64,000 nt of DNA from Pseudomonadota bacterium (GTDB lineage Bacteria; Pseudomonadota; Gammaproteobacteria; Burkholderiales; UBA9220), in the NCBI GenBank assembly GCA_021845865.1, contig JAJZVC010000011.1, forward strand, positions 405 through 64,404, read 5' to 3'. This document shows, piece by piece, positions 32,675 through 42,271 of this stretch. Below the pieces are notes generated by a model. That model had not been told where the DNA came from. It did no database searches and was given only the letters and a program-made list of their open reading frames with translations. The position numbers and the translations under genes were made by a program. Within the stretch, counting starts at the first letter, position 1, and each line of letters starts with the position of its first letter.

Positions 32675-33337
32675 ATGTCTGCGGAAGAAATCGCGAGCTA
32701 TCTCAAAAACCATCCCGAATTTTTCGAGGATTATGCCGACGTGCTGGCGGATATATTCATCCCCCATCCCCACGGCGGGCGGGCTATTTCCCTCACCGAA
32801 CGGCAGATTCTGACCCTGCGGGAAAAAAACCAGCTGCTGGAGTCAAAGCTGCGGGAGCTGATCGGCTTCGGCGAGGACAACGACGCCATCAGCGAGAAGC
32901 TGCACCGCTTTGCCCTTACCCTGTTCGCGCCGAAAACCCTCGATGCCCTGGCGCAGAGCATCCGCGAGAACCTGCTGGAAATTTTCGCCATCCCCCACGC
33001 CGCCCTGCGCATCTGGACCGGCCAACCGGACCAGCCCGGCCTGGTGGAATTTTCCGAAGTGCCCCTGGAGCTGTGCTCCTTCACCGACAACCTGACCAAC
33101 CCCCAGTGCGGCCTGGAGGCTCCCCACGGCATTCCCGGCTGGTTCGGCGAGGACGGCCCCAAGCTGCGCTCCTTCGCCCTGGTTCCCCTGCGGGCCGAAG
33201 AATCCTTCGGTCTCCTGGCCCTGGCGAGCGAGGACGAGCAGCGCTTCTATCCCGACATGGGCACCCTCTACCTGAAGCGCCTGGGGGACCTGGTGAGCGC
33301 GGCGGTGCAACGGCACCTGCTGACGGATGTCGAGTGA
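32675..33337 (+). CDS. DUF484 (YigA) protein
   Basis: IASYLKNHPEFF, AISLTERQ, RFYPDMGTLYL; upstream of xerC. Confidence 0.85.
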   Translation: MSAEEIASYLKNHPEFFEDYADVLADIFIPHPHGGRAISLTERQILTLREKNQLLESKLRELIGFGEDNDAISEKLHRFALTLFAPKTLDALAQSIRENLLEIFAIPHAALRIWTGQPDQPGLVEFSEVPLELCSFTDNLTNPQCGLEAPHGIPGWFGEDGPKLRSFALVPLRAEESFGLLALASEDEQRFYPDMGTLYLKRLGDLVSAAVQRHLLTDVE

Positions 33338-33447
33338 AAAGCCCCCGTGCTTCCGCCGCCCGCGCCCGAGCGTGGCTGTTGCCGCTTTAGCGGCTTGCGG
33401 CCACGGCCTGCCCCGCGCGGGCTGACGACGGCTCGCGGCGCTATTTC

Positions 33448-34368
33448 ATGGCGGCTTTGGATGCAAAAACCCTGAACCCCGAGGCCCGGCAGCGCCTCGA
33501 CGCCTACCTGGGCCATCTCGCCGGAGAACGCCGGCTTTCCCCCCATACCGTGTCGGGTTACGGCCGCGACGTGCGCAGCCTGCTGGAGCTGGCGGGCGAC
33601 ATTCCCCTGGAGCAGCTGCGCAGCCATCACATCCGCCGCTTCGTCGCCCAGCTCCACGGCCGCGACCGGCACGGCAAAAGCCTGGCCCGCTACCTCAGCG
33701 CCTGGCGCGGATTCTTCGACTTCCTCGCCCGGGATTACGGCCTGGACCAGAACCCCTGCGCCGGCATCCGCCCGCCCAAGGCGCCGAAAACCCTGCCCCA
33801 GGCCCTGTCCCCCGACGAAGCCGGCCGCCTCATGGACATCGGCGACGATGACGAATTGGCGGTTCGCGACAAGGCGATCCTGGAGCTGCTCTACTCCTCC
33901 GGCCTGCGCCTGTCGGAACTGGTGGGGCTGGACTTGGCGGACCTGGACCTGGCGGACGGCAGCGTGCGGGTCACCGGCAAGGGCAACAAGACGCGCATCG
34001 TGCCCGTGGGGCGCTTCGCCGCCGCCGCCGCCCAGGCCTGGCTGCCGTTGCGCCAGGGCATGGCCAGGGGGGAGGAGGCCGCCCTTTTCGTCGGACGCAA
34101 CGGGGCCCGCATGACCCCCCGCGCCGTTCAATACCGCCTCAAGCACTGGGCCCTGAAGCTGGGGCTGGCGGCCAACGTCCATCCCCACGTCCTGCGCCAC
34201 TCCTTCGCCAGCCACGTGCTGCAGTCCAGCGGCGACCTGCGGGCGGTGCAGGAGATGCTCGGCCATGCCAGCATTTCCACCACCCAGGTCTACACCCACC
34301 TGGATTTCCAGCATCTCGCCAAGGTGTACGACGCCGCCCATCCCCGGGCGAAGAAACGCGGCGCCTGA
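33448..34368 (+). CDS. xerC: Tyrosine recombinase XerC
   Basis: SGLRLSEL, GKGNKTR, HPHVLRHSFASH, LGHASISTTQVYTHLDFQHL..YDAAHPRA. Confidence 0.92.
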   Translation: MAALDAKTLNPEARQRLDAYLGHLAGERRLSPHTVSGYGRDVRSLLELAGDIPLEQLRSHHIRRFVAQLHGRDRHGKSLARYLSAWRGFFDFLARDYGLDQNPCAGIRPPKAPKTLPQALSPDEAGRLMDIGDDDELAVRDKAILELLYSSGLRLSELVGLDLADLDLADGSVRVTGKGNKTRIVPVGRFAAAAAQAWLPLRQGMARGEEAALFVGRNGARMTPRAVQYRLKHWALKLGLAANVHPHVLRHSFASHVLQSSGDLRAVQEMLGHASISTTQVYTHLDFQHLAKVYDAAHPRAKKRGA

Positions 34369-34441
34369 GGGGCGGTCCCCCTTGTCATAATTCCGCGCCG
34401 GGGATTGGTTATACTGGAACCACCTCTTCCCGAGCCGCCCC

Positions 34442-35353
34442 ATGCCTACCGCCAAGCTCCCGCCGCCGCAGAAAGCCCTGCCCCCTCCCCTCGCCCCCGC
34501 CATGAGCGCGAGCAAGGCGTTCCAGGCCATTTTCGCGGCCTGCCTGGCGCAATTGGAGGCCAACCACAGCGGGGTGATGCGAGGGGAGGACATCGAGTAC
34601 GTGCACCAGATGCGGGTGGCGATCCGGCGCCTGCGCTCGGCCCTCAGGCTGTTCACCGCCGTCGTCCCGGCGGAGGCCGTGCGTCCTTTCGACGACGAAC
34701 TGCGCTGGCTGGGGGGGCAGCTGGGCCAGGCCCGGGATTGGGACGTGTTCGTGGAAGAAACGCTGCCGCCGCGCTTGGCGGAGTTCCCCGCCCATGCCGG
34801 GCTGGCGGAACTGGCCCGGCGGGCGGGGGCGACGCGGCTGGAGAAGCGGGAGGCCGCCCGCTCCGCCCTGCGCTCCATCCGCTGCCGGCGCCTGCTGGCG
34901 GACCTTCGTGCCTGGATTGCCCGGGAAGCATGGCGGGAAGAGGGCGGTGCCCGCCTGGATAAGGCGGCGGTAACGCTGGCGGCCAAGCTGCTCAGCCGCC
35001 GCCACCGGGCGTTGAGAAAGCGCGGCCGCCGCTTGCCCCTGCTTCCTCCTCCCCGCCGCCATCGGGCCCGCATCGCGGCGAAGAAGCTGCGTTACGCGGT
35101 GGAGTTCTTCCTGCCCCTGTTTCCCGGCGAGCCCGGCAAGGGCTACGCGAAGCGTCTGTCGGACCTGCAGGACCTTCTCGGCGCCCTCAACGACGCTGCC
35201 GTCACCCGCCGGCTGCTCGACGAATTGGGCCCGGACACGCCGGCCGCCATCCTGGTGGGAGAGGTGGTGGATATCGCCGCGGCGGACAGCCTGGCGCGCC
35301 TGGACGAGGCCTGGGGCCAATTCCGTCGCTACCGGCCTTTCTGGGAGGAATAA
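34442..35353 (+). CDS. CHAD-domain (polyphosphate-binding) protein
   Basis: VHQMRVAIRRLRS, ARDWDV, HRARIAAKKLRYAVE, LQDLLGALND. Confidence 0.85.
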   Translation: MPTAKLPPPQKALPPPLAPAMSASKAFQAIFAACLAQLEANHSGVMRGEDIEYVHQMRVAIRRLRSALRLFTAVVPAEAVRPFDDELRWLGGQLGQARDWDVFVEETLPPRLAEFPAHAGLAELARRAGATRLEKREAARSALRSIRCRRLLADLRAWIAREAWREEGGARLDKAAVTLAAKLLSRRHRALRKRGRRLPLLPPPRRHRARIAAKKLRYAVEFFLPLFPGEPGKGYAKRLSDLQDLLGALNDAAVTRRLLDELGPDTPAAILVGEVVDIAAADSLARLDEAWGQFRRYRPFWEE

Positions 35354-35372
35354 CTTTGCTATCCTTAAGCCG

Positions 35373-35401
35373 TGGGCCCCTGGGGCCCAGTGGTTTTTTT
35401 T
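35373..35401 (+). terminator. Possible intrinsic terminator between the CHAD gene and pap
   Basis: TGGGCCCC-T-GGGGCCCA followed by GTGG and a T8 run. Confidence 0.45.
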
Positions 35402-35428
35402 CGCGCATGCTGAGAAGAAGGGAAGATC

Positions 35429-36943
35429 ATGTTCGAGTCCGCAGAGCTGGGCCATAAAATCGATAAGGAAACGTATAAGAGCGAGGAACCCGCCCTGCGG
35501 GAAGCCTTGCTGGAAGCGCAGATGGACACCCTGCGCCTGGCCAAGTACCCGGTGGTCATCCTCATTGGCGGGGTGGACGGCGCCGGACGGGGCGAAACGG
35601 TCAACCTGCTCAACGAGTGGATGGACCCGCGCCATGTCCAGGTCCACGGCATGGGCGAGCCCACCGACGAGGAGCTGCAGCGGCCGCCTATGTGGCGTTT
35701 CTGGCGCGTGCTGCCGCCCAAGGGCAAGACGGGGGTGTTCCTCGGCTCCTGGTACACCGAGCCGATCCTGCAGAAGGTCTTCAGCGAAATCGACGACGCG
35801 GCCATGGTGGAGAGCCTGGACCGGATCACCCGCTTCGAGAAGATGCTTACCGACGAAGGCGCCCTGGTGCTCAAGTTCTGGTTCCATCTTTCCAAGGAGA
35901 AGCAGAAAAAGCGCCTTTCCGACCTGGAGAAGGACCCCAAGACCCGCTGGCGGGTTACCGAGCGGGACTGGGAGCACTTCAAGATGTATGAGAAATTCCG
36001 CGCCGTGTCGGAAATGACCATCCGCCATACCAGTTCCGCCGAGGCGCCGTGGATCATCGTCGAGGGGGCCGACCCCCGCTACCGCAGCCTGACCGTGGGC
36101 AAGATACTGCTGGAGGCCCTGAAGAAGCGCCTGGAGCAGGGGGAAGCCAAGCCGGCCGCCATTCACGCCCCGCCCCTGCTGCCTTCCATCGACAACCTGC
36201 ACATCCTGAAAACCCTGGACCTGACCCAGAAGCTGGACAAAAAGACCTACGAGGCGGAACTGGAGAAGTACCAGGGCAAGCTCAACCTCCTGTCCCGGGA
36301 CCCGGATTTCAAGAAGATTTCGGTCATCGTCATGTTCGAGGGCAACGACGCCGCCGGCAAGGGCGGCGGCATCCGCCGCGTCACCAGCGCCCTGGAGGCG
36401 CGGGTGTACAACATCATCCCCATCGCCGCCCCCACCGACGAGGAGCGTGCCCAGCCCTACTTGTGGCGTTTCTGGCGGCATCTGCCGCGGCGGGGCCAGC
36501 TCACCATCTTCGACCGCTCCTGGTATGGCCGGGTGCTGGTGGAGCGCATCGAGGGCTATTGCTCGGAGGCCGACTGGATGCGGGCCTACGGCGAGATCAA
36601 CGATTTCGAGGAGCAGATGGCCGAGCATGGCGTGGTGGTGGTGAAGTTCTGGCTCTCCATCAGCAACGAGGAGCAGCTGCGCCGTTTCAAGGAGAGGGAG
36701 GATACCCCCTTCAAGCGCTTCAAGATCACCGAGGAGGACTGGCGCAACCGGGAGAAGTGGGGCGACTACGAGCGGGCGGTGTGCGACATGGTGGAGCGCA
36801 CCAGCACCGACATCGCCCCCTGGACCCTGGTGGAGGCCAACGACAAGCTGTTCGCCCGCATCAAGATTCTCAAGACCCTGTGCAACCGCGTCGAGGCGGC
36901 CCTGGACAAGGTGAAGGGCAAGGAAAAGGGCAAGAAGAAATAG
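35429..36943 (+). CDS. pap: Polyphosphate:AMP phosphotransferase (two-domain PPK2)
   Basis: MFESAELGH start; GVDGAGRG and FEGNDAAGKGG P-loops; FDRSWYGRVLVERIEG. Confidence 0.9.
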   Translation: MFESAELGHKIDKETYKSEEPALREALLEAQMDTLRLAKYPVVILIGGVDGAGRGETVNLLNEWMDPRHVQVHGMGEPTDEELQRPPMWRFWRVLPPKGKTGVFLGSWYTEPILQKVFSEIDDAAMVESLDRITRFEKMLTDEGALVLKFWFHLSKEKQKKRLSDLEKDPKTRWRVTERDWEHFKMYEKFRAVSEMTIRHTSSAEAPWIIVEGADPRYRSLTVGKILLEALKKRLEQGEAKPAAIHAPPLLPSIDNLHILKTLDLTQKLDKKTYEAELEKYQGKLNLLSRDPDFKKISVIVMFEGNDAAGKGGGIRRVTSALEARVYNIIPIAAPTDEERAQPYLWRFWRHLPRRGQLTIFDRSWYGRVLVERIEGYCSEADWMRAYGEINDFEEQMAEHGVVVVKFWLSISNEEQLRRFKEREDTPFKRFKITEEDWRNREKWGDYERAVCDMVERTSTDIAPWTLVEANDKLFARIKILKTLCNRVEAALDKVKGKEKGKKK

Positions 36944-36946
36944 GCC

Positions 36947-37333
36947 CTAGCATTGCTCCCACGGCAGGCCGTCGCGGCGCCAGCCGTTGACGGTGCTGCG
37001 GCGGTGGTGGTCGTCCAGGTCGCCCTCGAAGCCGTGGAGGACGTTGTACACCTCGGCGAGGCCCGCCTCCTCCAGTTTTAGCCCCGCTTCCACCGAGCGC
37101 TTGCCGCTACGGCAGATGAGCACCACCGGGCGGTTGAAGCTGGAGGCCATTTTCACTTCGGCGACGAAGTGGGGGTTGAGGTCCCAGTCCGGGGTGTTGT
37201 ACCAGGGGATGGGCAGGGCGCCCACGGGGTGGCCGACGAAGAGGAACTCCAGCTCGCTGCGCACGTCGATGAACACCGCGTCGCGGTTGGCCTGGAGGAA
37301 ATCATGGGCCTCTTTGGGGGTGAGGTGCTTCAT
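36947..37333 (-). CDS. Rhodanese-like protein
   Basis: IDVRS..EF.FVGHP, ICRSGKRS, YNVLHGFEGD, GW...GLPW. Confidence 0.88.
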   Translation of the reverse strand: MKHLTPKEAHDFLQANRDAVFIDVRSELEFLFVGHPVGALPIPWYNTPDWDLNPHFVAEVKMASSFNRPVVLICRSGKRSVEAGLKLEEAGLAEVYNVLHGFEGDLDDHHRRSTVNGWRRDGLPWEQC

Positions 37334-37393
37334 GGCGGAATCCGACAAAACGGCTAGGTTTTAAGCATAGCCATTTTTCCGCCCGACGGGACC

Positions 37394-39940
37394 TCAGGCT
37401 TTGCCCGCCATGATGCCGTCCATCAGCTTCAGGCCGGCGAAGGCGTCCTTGGCGTAGTGGACGTTCTCCCCAACGGAATAGGCGGCGCGGCAGTCCTCCT
37501 CGACGAAGCGCCGGGTCAGGGCGGCGCCGCCGAGGATCACCGGCGTGGTCCAGCCGGTCTTGGCCATCTCCTCGATGTTTTCCTTCATGATCACGGTGGA
37601 TTTCACCAGCAGGCCGGACATGCCGATGGCGTCGGCCTTGTGCTCCTCGGCGGCTTCCAGGATGGCGTGGAGGGGCTGCTTGATGCCGATGTTGACCACC
37701 TTGTAGCCGTTGTTGGTGAGAATGATATCCACCAGGTTCTTGCCGATGTCGTGGACGTCGCCCTTCACCGTGGCCAGGACCATGGTGCCCTTGTGGCTGC
37801 CCTCGGCCTTCTCCATGAAGGGCTCCAGGTAGGCCACCGCGGCCTTCATGGTCTCGGCGCTCTGGAGTACGAAGGGGAGCTGCATCTGGCCGGAGCCGAA
37901 GAGCTCGCCCACGGTTTTCATGCCGTCCAGGAGCAGGGTGTTGATGATCTCCAGGGGCGGGTACTTGCCCATGGCCGCCTTGAGGTCGTCCTCCAGCCCC
38001 TGCTTGTCGCCGTCGACGATGCGCTGCTTGAGGGCTTCCTCCACGGTGGCGGGCTTGGCCTTCCGCACCTCCACCGCCTTGGCGTCCTTGAACATCTCCA
38101 CGAATACCAGCAGGGGGTCCTTGCCGTCCTGCCAGCGGTTGAAGATCAGGTTTTCCGCCGCCACCCGGTGGGCCTCGTCGATCTTGTGCAGGGGCATGAT
38201 CTTGGAGACGTGGATGATGGCGCCGGTCATGCCCCTGGCTTGAGCGTGGGCCAGGAACACCGAGTTGAGCACGTGGCGGGCGGCGGCGTTGAGGCCGAAG
38301 CTGATGTTGGACAGGCCCAGGACGATCTGGCACTCGGGCAGTTCCTTGGCGATGCGCTCGATGGCGTCCAGGGTGTTGATGCCGTGGTTGCGGTCGGCTT
38401 CCACGCCGGTGCAGATGGTGAAGGTCAGGGGGTCGAACATCAGGTCCGACGCCGGCAGGCCGTGCCGGTTGACGGCGAAATCGTAGAGGCGGTGGGCGAT
38501 GCGCAACTTGTCGTCCACCTCCTTGGCCATGCCCTCTTCGTCGATGGTCAGGGCCACCACGGCGGCGCCGAACTTCTTCGCCAGCGTGAGAATGGCGGCG
38601 GCCTTTTCCTCGCCGTCCTCGAAGTTGATGGAGTTGATGATGGATTTCCCGCCGATGAGCTTGAGGGCGGTTTCGATCACCGGCACTTCGGTGGAGTCGA
38701 TCATCAGGGGCACGGAAATCTGGCCCCGGTAGCGAGAGACGAGCTCCGCCATGTCGCTGGCCTCGGGGCGGCCCACGTAGGCCACGCACACGTCCAGGGC
38801 GTGGGAGCCTTCCTTCACCTGCTCCCGGCCGACGCCCACCAGGGCGTCCCAGTTCTCCTCCGCCAGGAGGTCGCGGAATTTCTTCGAGCCGTTGGCGTTG
38901 GAGCGCTCGCCGATGGCGAACACCGCGTTCTCCTGGCGCAGGGCGGCGGCGGAATAGAGGGAGGATACCGCCGGTTCCCACTCGGGCTTACGGGCCGCGG
39001 GGGCCTGGTTCTCGCGGGCGTCGAGCATCTTGCGCACGGCGGCGATGTGGGCCGGGGTGGTGCCGCAGCAGCCGCCGACGAGGTTGACCCCGTCCTCCTC
39101 CACGAAGCGGCGGTGCCAGTCCGCGAGCTCGGCGGGAATCAGCGGGTATTCGGTCTTGCCGTCCACCAGCATGGGCAGGCCGGCGTTGGGCATGACGGAG
39201 ATGTTGCGGCGCCAGTGCTCGGCCAGCCATTTCACATGCTCGGCCATCTCCGCCGGGCCGGTGGCGCAGTTGATGCCCATGCCGTCCACGTCCAGGGCGT
39301 CGATGGCGGTGGCGGCGGCGGCGATGTCGCTGCCCACCAGCATGGTGCCGGTGGTTTCGATGGTCACCTGGACGAAAATCGGCAGATCTTCCCGGCTCAT
39401 CTCGGCCCGGGCGAGCTTGCAGCCGTTCACCGCCGCCTTGATGGTCAGCAGGTCCTGGTTGGTTTCCAGGAGGAAGGCGTCGATGCCGCCCTCGATCAGG
39501 CCCCGCGCCTGCTCGGCGTAGGAGTCCTCCAGCACGTCGTAGGGCAGGTGTCCCAGGCTCGCCAGCTTGGTGCCGGGCCCCACGGAACCGAGCACGTAGC
39601 GGGGCTGGCCGGGGGTGGCGAACTTGGCGGCGGTGGCCTGGGCGATTTCCGCCGCGCGGCGGTTGATTTCCCGGGTGCGGGGGGTGAGGTCGAACTCGGC
39701 CAGCACTACCTTGTTGGCGCCGAAGGTGTTGGTTTCCACGCAGTCCGCGCCGGCCTCGAAGTAGGCGCTGTGCACTTTCTCGACGAAGTCGGGGCGGGTC
39801 AGCACCAGCACTTCGGAGCAGTTCTCCAGGCCGAGGAAGTCTTTTTCCAGGTCCCAGGTCTCGGCCTGGATCAGGGTGCCGGTGCCGCCGTCGCAAAGCA
39901 GCACCCGTTGCTTGAGGCGTTCGAGGAAGGAAGGTTTCAT
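37394..39940 (-). CDS. metH: Cobalamin-dependent methionine synthase lacking the C-terminal SAM reactivation domain (about 848 aa)
   Basis: Hcy domain (NCATGP, GGCCGT), pterin domain (GERSNANGS, GLSNISFG), cap, B12 domain (TVKGDVHDIGK); stop follows YAKDAF. Confidence 0.88.
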   Translation of the reverse strand: MKPSFLERLKQRVLLCDGGTGTLIQAETWDLEKDFLGLENCSEVLVLTRPDFVEKVHSAYFEAGADCVETNTFGANKVVLAEFDLTPRTREINRRAAEIAQATAAKFATPGQPRYVLGSVGPGTKLASLGHLPYDVLEDSYAEQARGLIEGGIDAFLLETNQDLLTIKAAVNGCKLARAEMSREDLPIFVQVTIETTGTMLVGSDIAAAATAIDALDVDGMGINCATGPAEMAEHVKWLAEHWRRNISVMPNAGLPMLVDGKTEYPLIPAELADWHRRFVEEDGVNLVGGCCGTTPAHIAAVRKMLDARENQAPAARKPEWEPAVSSLYSAAALRQENAVFAIGERSNANGSKKFRDLLAEENWDALVGVGREQVKEGSHALDVCVAYVGRPEASDMAELVSRYRGQISVPLMIDSTEVPVIETALKLIGGKSIINSINFEDGEEKAAAILTLAKKFGAAVVALTIDEEGMAKEVDDKLRIAHRLYDFAVNRHGLPASDLMFDPLTFTICTGVEADRNHGINTLDAIERIAKELPECQIVLGLSNISFGLNAAARHVLNSVFLAHAQARGMTGAIIHVSKIMPLHKIDEAHRVAAENLIFNRWQDGKDPLLVFVEMFKDAKAVEVRKAKPATVEEALKQRIVDGDKQGLEDDLKAAMGKYPPLEIINTLLLDGMKTVGELFGSGQMQLPFVLQSAETMKAAVAYLEPFMEKAEGSHKGTMVLATVKGDVHDIGKNLVDIILTNNGYKVVNIGIKQPLHAILEAAEEHKADAIGMSGLLVKSTVIMKENIEEMAKTGWTTPVILGGAALTRRFVEEDCRAAYSVGENVHYAKDAFAGLKLMDGIMAGKA

Positions 39941-39988
39941 GGGGAAGCGGAAAGCAGCGGTTGAACGGGGCGCCGCCAAGGGCGCGGG

Positions 39989-40936
39989 TTAGTCAGCCGC
40001 TATTTTAATGCAATTCCGCCCCGACCGCTTGGCCTCGTAGAGCGCGTTGTCCGCGCGGCTGATGAGATTTTGGCCGCTTTCATCCGCTTTGAGCTGCGCG
40101 ATGCCGGCGCTGAAGGAGGTGGCGATTTTATTGTTGTCGCACTGGAGCGGGGTGGCGGTCACCGTGGCGCGCAGCCGGTCCACGACGAACCAGGCGCCGT
40201 TGAGGTCGGTGCCGGGAAGGATGATGAGGAATTCCTCGCCGCCGTAGCGGACCAGGACGTCGGTTTCCCGCTGCGCCTGGCGCATCAGGGTGGCGAGGTG
40301 GACCAGCACCTTGTCGCCGGTTTCGTGGCCGTAACGGTCGTTGAGCTGCTTGAAATGGTCCAGGTCCAGCATGGCCAACGACAGGGGGGTGCCGTAGTGG
40401 TGGGCGTGTTCCACTTCCCGGGCCAGGGCCAATTCCATGCCGCGGCGGTTCTGAATGCCGGTGAGGGCGTCCTCGTGGGCCATGCGGCGGGTTTCCTGCA
40501 GTTCGGTCTTGATTTGTTCCAAGGCCTCGCGGGTGACCAGCAGGCCGTCGTAGGTGTCCTCGGTGGTGGCGAGAATGGAGTCGGTGCTGTTGAGGATGGA
40601 GGCGAGCAGCTTCAGCATCGCCTGTTTTTCCTCCGCCCGGGTCAAGTCGCTCACCTTGGCGCGGATTTCCTCGTTGCGGGTATTCAGGCCCTGGGCCAGT
40701 TGGGAGGCGCGGTCGGCAACGCTGTCGAGGATGCGGTCCACCTCTTCGAGCAAATGGGGGTCGATGGCAGGCGGGGCGTTTCCTGGCTTTCCTCCAGGGG
40801 GGGTGCCGCCGAGGATGTCGTAGTAATGCAGCGCATAGTTTTCGGGCGTAGGGGGCAATCCCAGCTCGGAAAGACGGTACAGGGCCGCCTTCGCGACGTC
40901 GGTGATGGTTTGAGGTTTCTTGGTCTTGGGGGGCAT
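39989..40936 (-). CDS. Cytoplasmic diguanylate cyclase
   Basis: PPTPENY N-terminus, DALTG, DLDHFKQLND, RETD I-site, RYGGEEF. Confidence 0.88.
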   Translation of the reverse strand: MPPKTKKPQTITDVAKAALYRLSELGLPPTPENYALHYYDILGGTPPGGKPGNAPPAIDPHLLEEVDRILDSVADRASQLAQGLNTRNEEIRAKVSDLTRAEEKQAMLKLLASILNSTDSILATTEDTYDGLLVTREALEQIKTELQETRRMAHEDALTGIQNRRGMELALAREVEHAHHYGTPLSLAMLDLDHFKQLNDRYGHETGDKVLVHLATLMRQAQRETDVLVRYGGEEFLIILPGTDLNGAWFVVDRLRATVTATPLQCDNNKIATSFSAGIAQLKADESGQNLISRADNALYEAKRSGRNCIKIAAD

Positions 40937-41070
40937 GTCGTCTCCCCAGCCCTAAATGCGCGGCTTTAGAGCCAGAAAAATTACTAGACTCTAGTTATCT
41001 GTATAGCATATATGACAGGGGCATTCCAATTCCGGCTGGAATGCCAAAGGAGAGGCTTCCGGCCCGACGG

Positions 41071-42222
41071 CTACAGGGCGTAGCGCTTGTCGCCCCGGGC
41101 GAAGCCGGAGAGCGGCGGCGCGATGCCCCGGCCGAGGGCGATGGCCTTGAACAGCTCCCCCATCTCCGCCGGACTTAGCAAGCGCTGGGCCTGGTTGGCC
41201 AGGGGCAGGTAGGCCGCCGCGTCGAGGGGGGAAACCTCGGCCAGGAGGTCGGTGAGGCCGCAGTTGAGCAGGAAGTGGGCCTGGCTGGTATAGCCCAGGA
41301 GGTCGAGGCCGGCCACCATGCCCGCCTCGGCAATGGCGCTGAAATCCACGTGGACGGTGATGTCCTGCAGGCCGGGGAGATAAAAGGGGTCACCGTGGGC
41401 ATGGTGGCGATAGTGGCACATGAGGGTGCCTTGGCGGCGCTGGGGATGGTAGTACTCGGCGCGACCGAAGCCGTAGTCGAGGAACAGCAGCACGCCCCGT
41501 TCCAGGCGCTCTCCCAGGGCGCGCGCCAGGTCCGGCGCCGCCAGGCCGATTTCGCTGACGTAGCCGTCGGCGGCGTCGATTTTTCTGGCGGCGTCGCGCA
41601 GCGCCGGATTCTCGGCGGGATGCTCCCGCCAGGCGAATTTTCCGTTCTCCACGGCGACGCCGCGCTCGAAGATTTTTCCGTCTTGCCAGGCAACTACATG
41701 GGCCGGCAGGGCGTCTAACAGTTCATTGCCCAGGATCAAGCCGGTGAACGTGTCCGGCAGTCCGGCCAGCCATTCCACCCGGTCAACCCAATGGGGGACC
41801 TCCCGGGCCAGGAAGTCATGCTGGCGCTGCTGCAGGTCGGGGCTGGCCTCGAGGATAGCGTAACGGCGGGGAGGGCGGCCGAGGGTTTCCAATTCCAAGA
41901 GGAGGTCGCGGGCCAGCTTGCCCGTGCCGGCGCCGATCTCCAGGATGTCGCCGCCCGTGGCCTCCAGCACTTGGGCCGTCTGCCGGGCCAGGGCGCGGCC
42001 GAAGAGGACGGACAGTTCCGGGGCGGTGACGAAATCCCCTTCCGTCCCCAGCTTGTGGGCGCCGGCGGCGTAATAGCCGAGGCCGGGGGCATAAAGGGCC
42101 AGGTCCATGAAACGGGCGAAGGGCAGCCAACCCCCGGCGGCGGCGATTTCCTCCCCGATCAGGGCGGCCAGCCGCTCGCTGTGGCGCTGGGCTTCCGGGC
42201 TGGGGGCGGGTAGAGGGGCCAT
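41071..42222 (-). CDS. MidA/NDUFAF7-family SAM-dependent methyltransferase
   Basis: FARFMDLALYAP..GYY, GDFVTAPE, EIGAGTG, NELLDA, DYG, QDITVHVDF. Confidence 0.85.
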   Translation of the reverse strand: MAPLPAPSPEAQRHSERLAALIGEEIAAAGGWLPFARFMDLALYAPGLGYYAAGAHKLGTEGDFVTAPELSVLFGRALARQTAQVLEATGGDILEIGAGTGKLARDLLLELETLGRPPRRYAILEASPDLQQRQHDFLAREVPHWVDRVEWLAGLPDTFTGLILGNELLDALPAHVVAWQDGKIFERGVAVENGKFAWREHPAENPALRDAARKIDAADGYVSEIGLAAPDLARALGERLERGVLLFLDYGFGRAEYYHPQRRQGTLMCHYRHHAHGDPFYLPGLQDITVHVDFSAIAEAGMVAGLDLLGYTSQAHFLLNCGLTDLLAEVSPLDAAAYLPLANQAQRLLSPAEMGELFKAIALGRGIAPPLSGFARGDKRYAL

Positions 42223-42271
42223 GGGGGATGTGGTAAATTGCGGCGGAACCAAAACGAAGGCGGACTATATC

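Noticed and set aside
33448-34368. Tyrosine recombinase as a prophage or integron integrase
   Set aside because: It has the XerC C-terminal signature (HLDFQHL..YDAAHPRA) and DUF484 context, and lacks the IntI-specific insertion.
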